From the sequence record JPID01000002.1: DNA of 32,000 bases. One strand, given 5' to 3'. This document shows, one piece after another, positions 28,689 to 32,000 of the stretch. Positions within the stretch are counted from its first letter, which is position 1. Every line of letters begins with the position of its first letter. Position numbers and translations under genes: made by a program. The notes under the pieces were generated by a model. The model saw only the letters and a list, made by a program, of their open reading frames with translations. It did no database searches and was not told the origin of the DNA.

Positions 28689-29171
28689 TTAAAATAAACC
28701 TAATGTTAAAGAAATATCAATAGGTAATGCTGCTCCAATTCCTAACCAAATTGCAGCAACTGTTCCAACTAAGAATACAGTCATTGCAACTGGACGACGG
28801 AATGGATTTTGAAATTTATTAATACTTTCAATGAAAGGCACTGTAATTAAACCTGCAGGAACTGCTGCCATTAAAAGTACTCCTAATAATTTATTAGGTA
28901 CTGTACGTAATAATTGGAATACTGGAAAGAAATACCATTCTGGTAAAATTTCTAGTGGAGTGGCAAATGGATTTGCAGGTTCACCAATTGCAGCTGGTTC
29001 TAACACTGCTAAACCAATAACACAAGCAAAAGTCCCAAAAATTACAACAGGGAAAATATATAATAAGTCATTTGGCCAAGCGGGTTCACCATAGTAATTG
29101 TGACCCATACCTTTAGCCAATTTTGCGCGTAATACTGGATCTGAAAGATCAGGTTTTTTTGTAACTGCCAT
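28689..29171 (-). CDS. petD: Cytochrome b6/f complex subunit IV (intron-less)
   Basis: 160-aa [62 protein letters not shown]...; full-length match to green-lineage PetD. Confidence 0.98.
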   Translation of the reverse strand: MAVTKKPDLSDPVLRAKLAKGMGHNYYGEPAWPNDLLYIFPVVIFGTFACVIGLAVLEPAAIGEPANPFATPLEILPEWYFFPVFQLLRTVPNKLLGVLLMAAVPAGLITVPFIESINKFQNPFRRPVAMTVFLVGTVAAIWLGIGAALPIDISLTLGLF

Positions 29172-29219
29172 AATTTAATCTTTTTTTTTTAATTAATTAA
29201 AATTGAAATTAAATTCAAT

Positions 29220-29885
<666 letters not shown>

Positions 29886-29972
29886 TTAAACTGTAAATAC
29901 TAATGATTTACTTTTAAACCACAATTAGGCTGAATATATTTATTTATTTATCGCTAGAATTAAATATATATA

Positions 29973-30581
29973 TTATTTGTTTTCTGACCATTTTGTATCG
30001 ACAGCAACTTGATCTACTAAACCATAGACTTTTGCTTCTTCGGCTGATAAAAATTGATCACGATCCATATCTCGTGAAATACGGCTTAGAGGTTGACCAG
30101 TTCGTTGAGCATAAATTTGACCGACTTGTCTTCGAATACGCATTACTTCTTCTGATTCTGCTAAAACTTCTGAAGCTTGACCCTGACTACCACCTTCGGG
30201 TTGATGGATCATAATACGTGAATAAGGTAATGCGATACGTTTACCAGTATCACCACCAGCTAAAATAAATGAAGCCATTGATGCTGCTGTTCCGACACAA
30301 ATAGTTGTAACTGGTGATTGAACATAGTTCATTGCATCGTAGACTGCAATTCCACATGTCACAGATCCGCCGGGCGAGTTTATATATAAATATAAACCTT
30401 TATTCTTATCTTCAGAGTTTAAATATAGCATGATACCAATAAGTTGGTTTGCTAACTCATCATCTAATTCTTGACATAAAAATAAAACACGTTCACGATA
30501 AAGCCTATTATATAAATCAACCCACTGAGCTGATGGCTCTCCAGGTAAACGAAAAGGGACTTTAGGGACTCCAATTGGCAT
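29973..30581 (-). CDS. clpP: ATP-dependent Clp protease proteolytic subunit (no insertion, no introns)
   Basis: The 202-aa ORF has catalytic Ser in [14 protein letters not shown], His in IMIHQPEGG and Asp in the [14 protein letters not shown] context. Confidence 0.97.
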   Translation of the reverse strand: MPIGVPKVPFRLPGEPSAQWVDLYNRLYRERVLFLCQELDDELANQLIGIMLYLNSEDKNKGLYLYINSPGGSVTCGIAVYDAMNYVQSPVTTICVGTAASMASFILAGGDTGKRIALPYSRIMIHQPEGGSQGQASEVLAESEEVMRIRRQVGQIYAQRTGQPLSRISRDMDRDQFLSAEEAKVYGLVDQVAVDTKWSENK

Positions 30582-30695
30582 AAATTTAGTTCTCTATTCA
30601 TTATCTATATATATATAGTATATACTATATTACTATAGATAGCAAAAGTAATATTCACTAAATATTAAAAATATTAAATTTTAATATTTAATATA

Positions 30696-30704
30696 TGCTA
30701 TACT
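30696..30704 (+). promoter_or_regulatory. Candidate extended -10 promoter element for psbB
   Basis: TGcTATACT (TG 30696-30697, TATACT 30699-30704), 58 nt upstream of the psbB ATG. There is no convincing -35 box. Confidence 0.25.
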
Positions 30705-30762
30705 AATCTTAATAGTAGATTAAAAGAAAGAAAGTAAAAAATTATTAACATTAACAATTGTT

Positions 30763-32000
30763 ATGGGTCTTCCTTGGTATCGTGTTCACACAGTTGTATT
30801 AAATGATCCAGGTCGTTTAATTTCTGTTCACTTAATGCATACAGGACTAGTTTCTGGTTGGGCTGGTTCAATGGCATTTTATGAATTAGCTGTTTTTGAT
30901 CCTTCTGATCCTGTATTAAATCCAATGTGGCGTCAAGGTATGTTTGTATTACCATTTATGACACGTTTAGGTATTACAGAATCATGGGGTGGTTGGACAA
31001 TTAGTGGTGAAACAGCTTCAAATCCTGGTTTATGGAGTTATGAAGGTGTTGCTGCAACACACATCATTTTAGCTGGTTTACTTTTTGCTGCGTCAATTTG
31101 GCATTGGGTTTATTGGGATTTAGAATTATTCCGTGATCCACGTACAGGCAATCCAGCATTAGATTTACCAAAAATTTTCGGTATTCACTTATTTTTAAGT
31201 GGGCTATTATGTTTTGGTTTTGGAGCATTTCATGTAACAGGTTTATTTGGACCAGGTATTTGGGTATCTGATCCGTATGGTATTACGGGTAGTGTTCAAG
31301 GAGTAGCACCATCTTGGGATTCTACTGGGTTTGATCCTTATAACCCAGGTGGTATTGCAGCACATCATATTGCTGCTGGGATTTTAGGTGTTATTGCAGG
31401 TTTATTCCACTTATGTGTTCGCCCACCACAACGTTTATATAACGGTTTACGAATGGGTAATATTGAAACTGTACTTTCAAGTAGTATTGCTGCTGTATTC
31501 TGGGCTGCATTCGTTGTAGCAGGTACAATGTGGTATGGGTCAGCTGCAACACCAATTGAATTATTTGGTCCAACTCGTTATCAGTGGGATTTAGGTTTCT
31601 TCCAAGAAGAAATTGAAACACGTGTACAAACAAGTTTAGCTGAAGGTAAATCAGCATCACAAGCATGGGCTGAAATTCCAGAAAAATTAGCTTTTTATGA
31701 CTATATTGGTAATAACCCAGCCAAAGGTGGTTTATTCCGTACTGGTGCTATGAATAGTGGTGATGGTATCGCTGTAGGTTGGCTTGGACATGCAGTTTTT
31801 AAAGATAAAAATGGTAATGAACTATTTGTTCGTCGTATGCCATCATTCTTTGAAACATTCCCAGTTATTTTATTAGATAAAGATGGTATTGTTCGTGCTG
31901 ATGTGCCATTCCGTCGTGCAGAATCAAAATATAGTGTTGAGCAGGTTGGATTATCAGTAACATTCTATGGTGGTGAATTAGATGGAGTAACATTTACTGA
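30763..32000 (+). CDS. psbB: Photosystem II CP47 chlorophyll apoprotein, 3'-truncated by the window edge
   Basis: Manual translation from the ATG at 30763 gives [78 protein letters not shown]... The frame stays open to position 32000 (about 412 of ~508 codons). It is absent from the ORF track because no stop codon lies inside the window. Confidence 0.98.
   Translation, partial: MGLPWYRVHTVVLNDPGRLISVHLMHTGLVSGWAGSMAFYELAVFDPSDPVLNPMWRQGMFVLPFMTRLGITESWGGWTISGETASNPGLWSYEGVAATHIILAGLLFAASIWHWVYWDLELFRDPRTGNPALDLPKIFGIHLFLSGLLCFGFGAFHVTGLFGPGIWVSDPYGITGSVQGVAPSWDSTGFDPYNPGGIAAHHIAAGILGVIAGLFHLCVRPPQRLYNGLRMGNIETVLSSSIAAVFWAAFVVAGTMWYGSAATPIELFGPTRYQWDLGFFQEEIETRVQTSLAEGKSASQAWAEIPEKLAFYDYIGNNPAKGGLFRTGAMNSGDGIAVGWLGHAVFKDKNGNELFVRRMPSFFETFPVILLDKDGIVRADVPFRRAESKYSVEQVGLSVTFYGGELDGVTFT

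Overview
This window is a dense, strongly AT-rich piece of a plastid (chloroplast) genome of green-algal (chlorophyte) type. I found no bacterial accessory or defence locus. I can support 26 protein genes: rps4, atpE, atpB, psaB, psaA, chlB, psbK, ycf12/psb30, psaM, a SecG-like ycf47, tilS/ycf62, psbZ, psbE-F-L-J, a giant ftsH-like AAA gene, accD, psaI, rpoC2, rpoC1, rpoB, petD, petB, clpP and 5'-partial psbB. There are also 7 tRNA genes (Q-UUG, F-GAA, K-UUU, G-UCC, H-GUG, V-UAC, C-GCA) and the 5' end of the 16S rRNA gene at the left edge. Eight real genes are missing from the supplied ORF track. Seven are too short for it (psbK, ycf12, psaM, psbF, psbL, psbJ, psaI); I found them by translating the spacers. 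The eighth, psbB, runs off the right edge. No introns, mobile elements, CRISPR arrays or long dispersed repeats are visible. Spacers are short and contain sigma70-type (-35/-10) promoter candidates directly upstream of several tRNA genes and of psbE. They also contain perfect inverted repeats (3' stem-loops) at the ends of most transcription units. chlB, tilS, a large ftsH, ycf47, psaM and ycf12 occur together with clpP and accD, and trnK, trnV, petB, petD, clpP and psaA are uninterrupted. This combination argues for a chlorophyte or prasinophyte-grade plastid, not a land-plant, red-lineage or euglenid one. I see no convincing previously undescribed multi-gene system here. The most interesting items are single-gene peculiarities. 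These are an FtsH-like protein with intact ATPase motifs but no HEXXH zinc site and a huge inter-TM expansion, a divergent SecG-like ORF, and a TilS whose PP-loop reads SMGTDS. psbK also has a GTG start with an unusually short presequence, and there are a few unusual RNA-structure and promoter arrangements. All homology statements rest on my recognition of conserved protein and RNA sequences, not on database searches.
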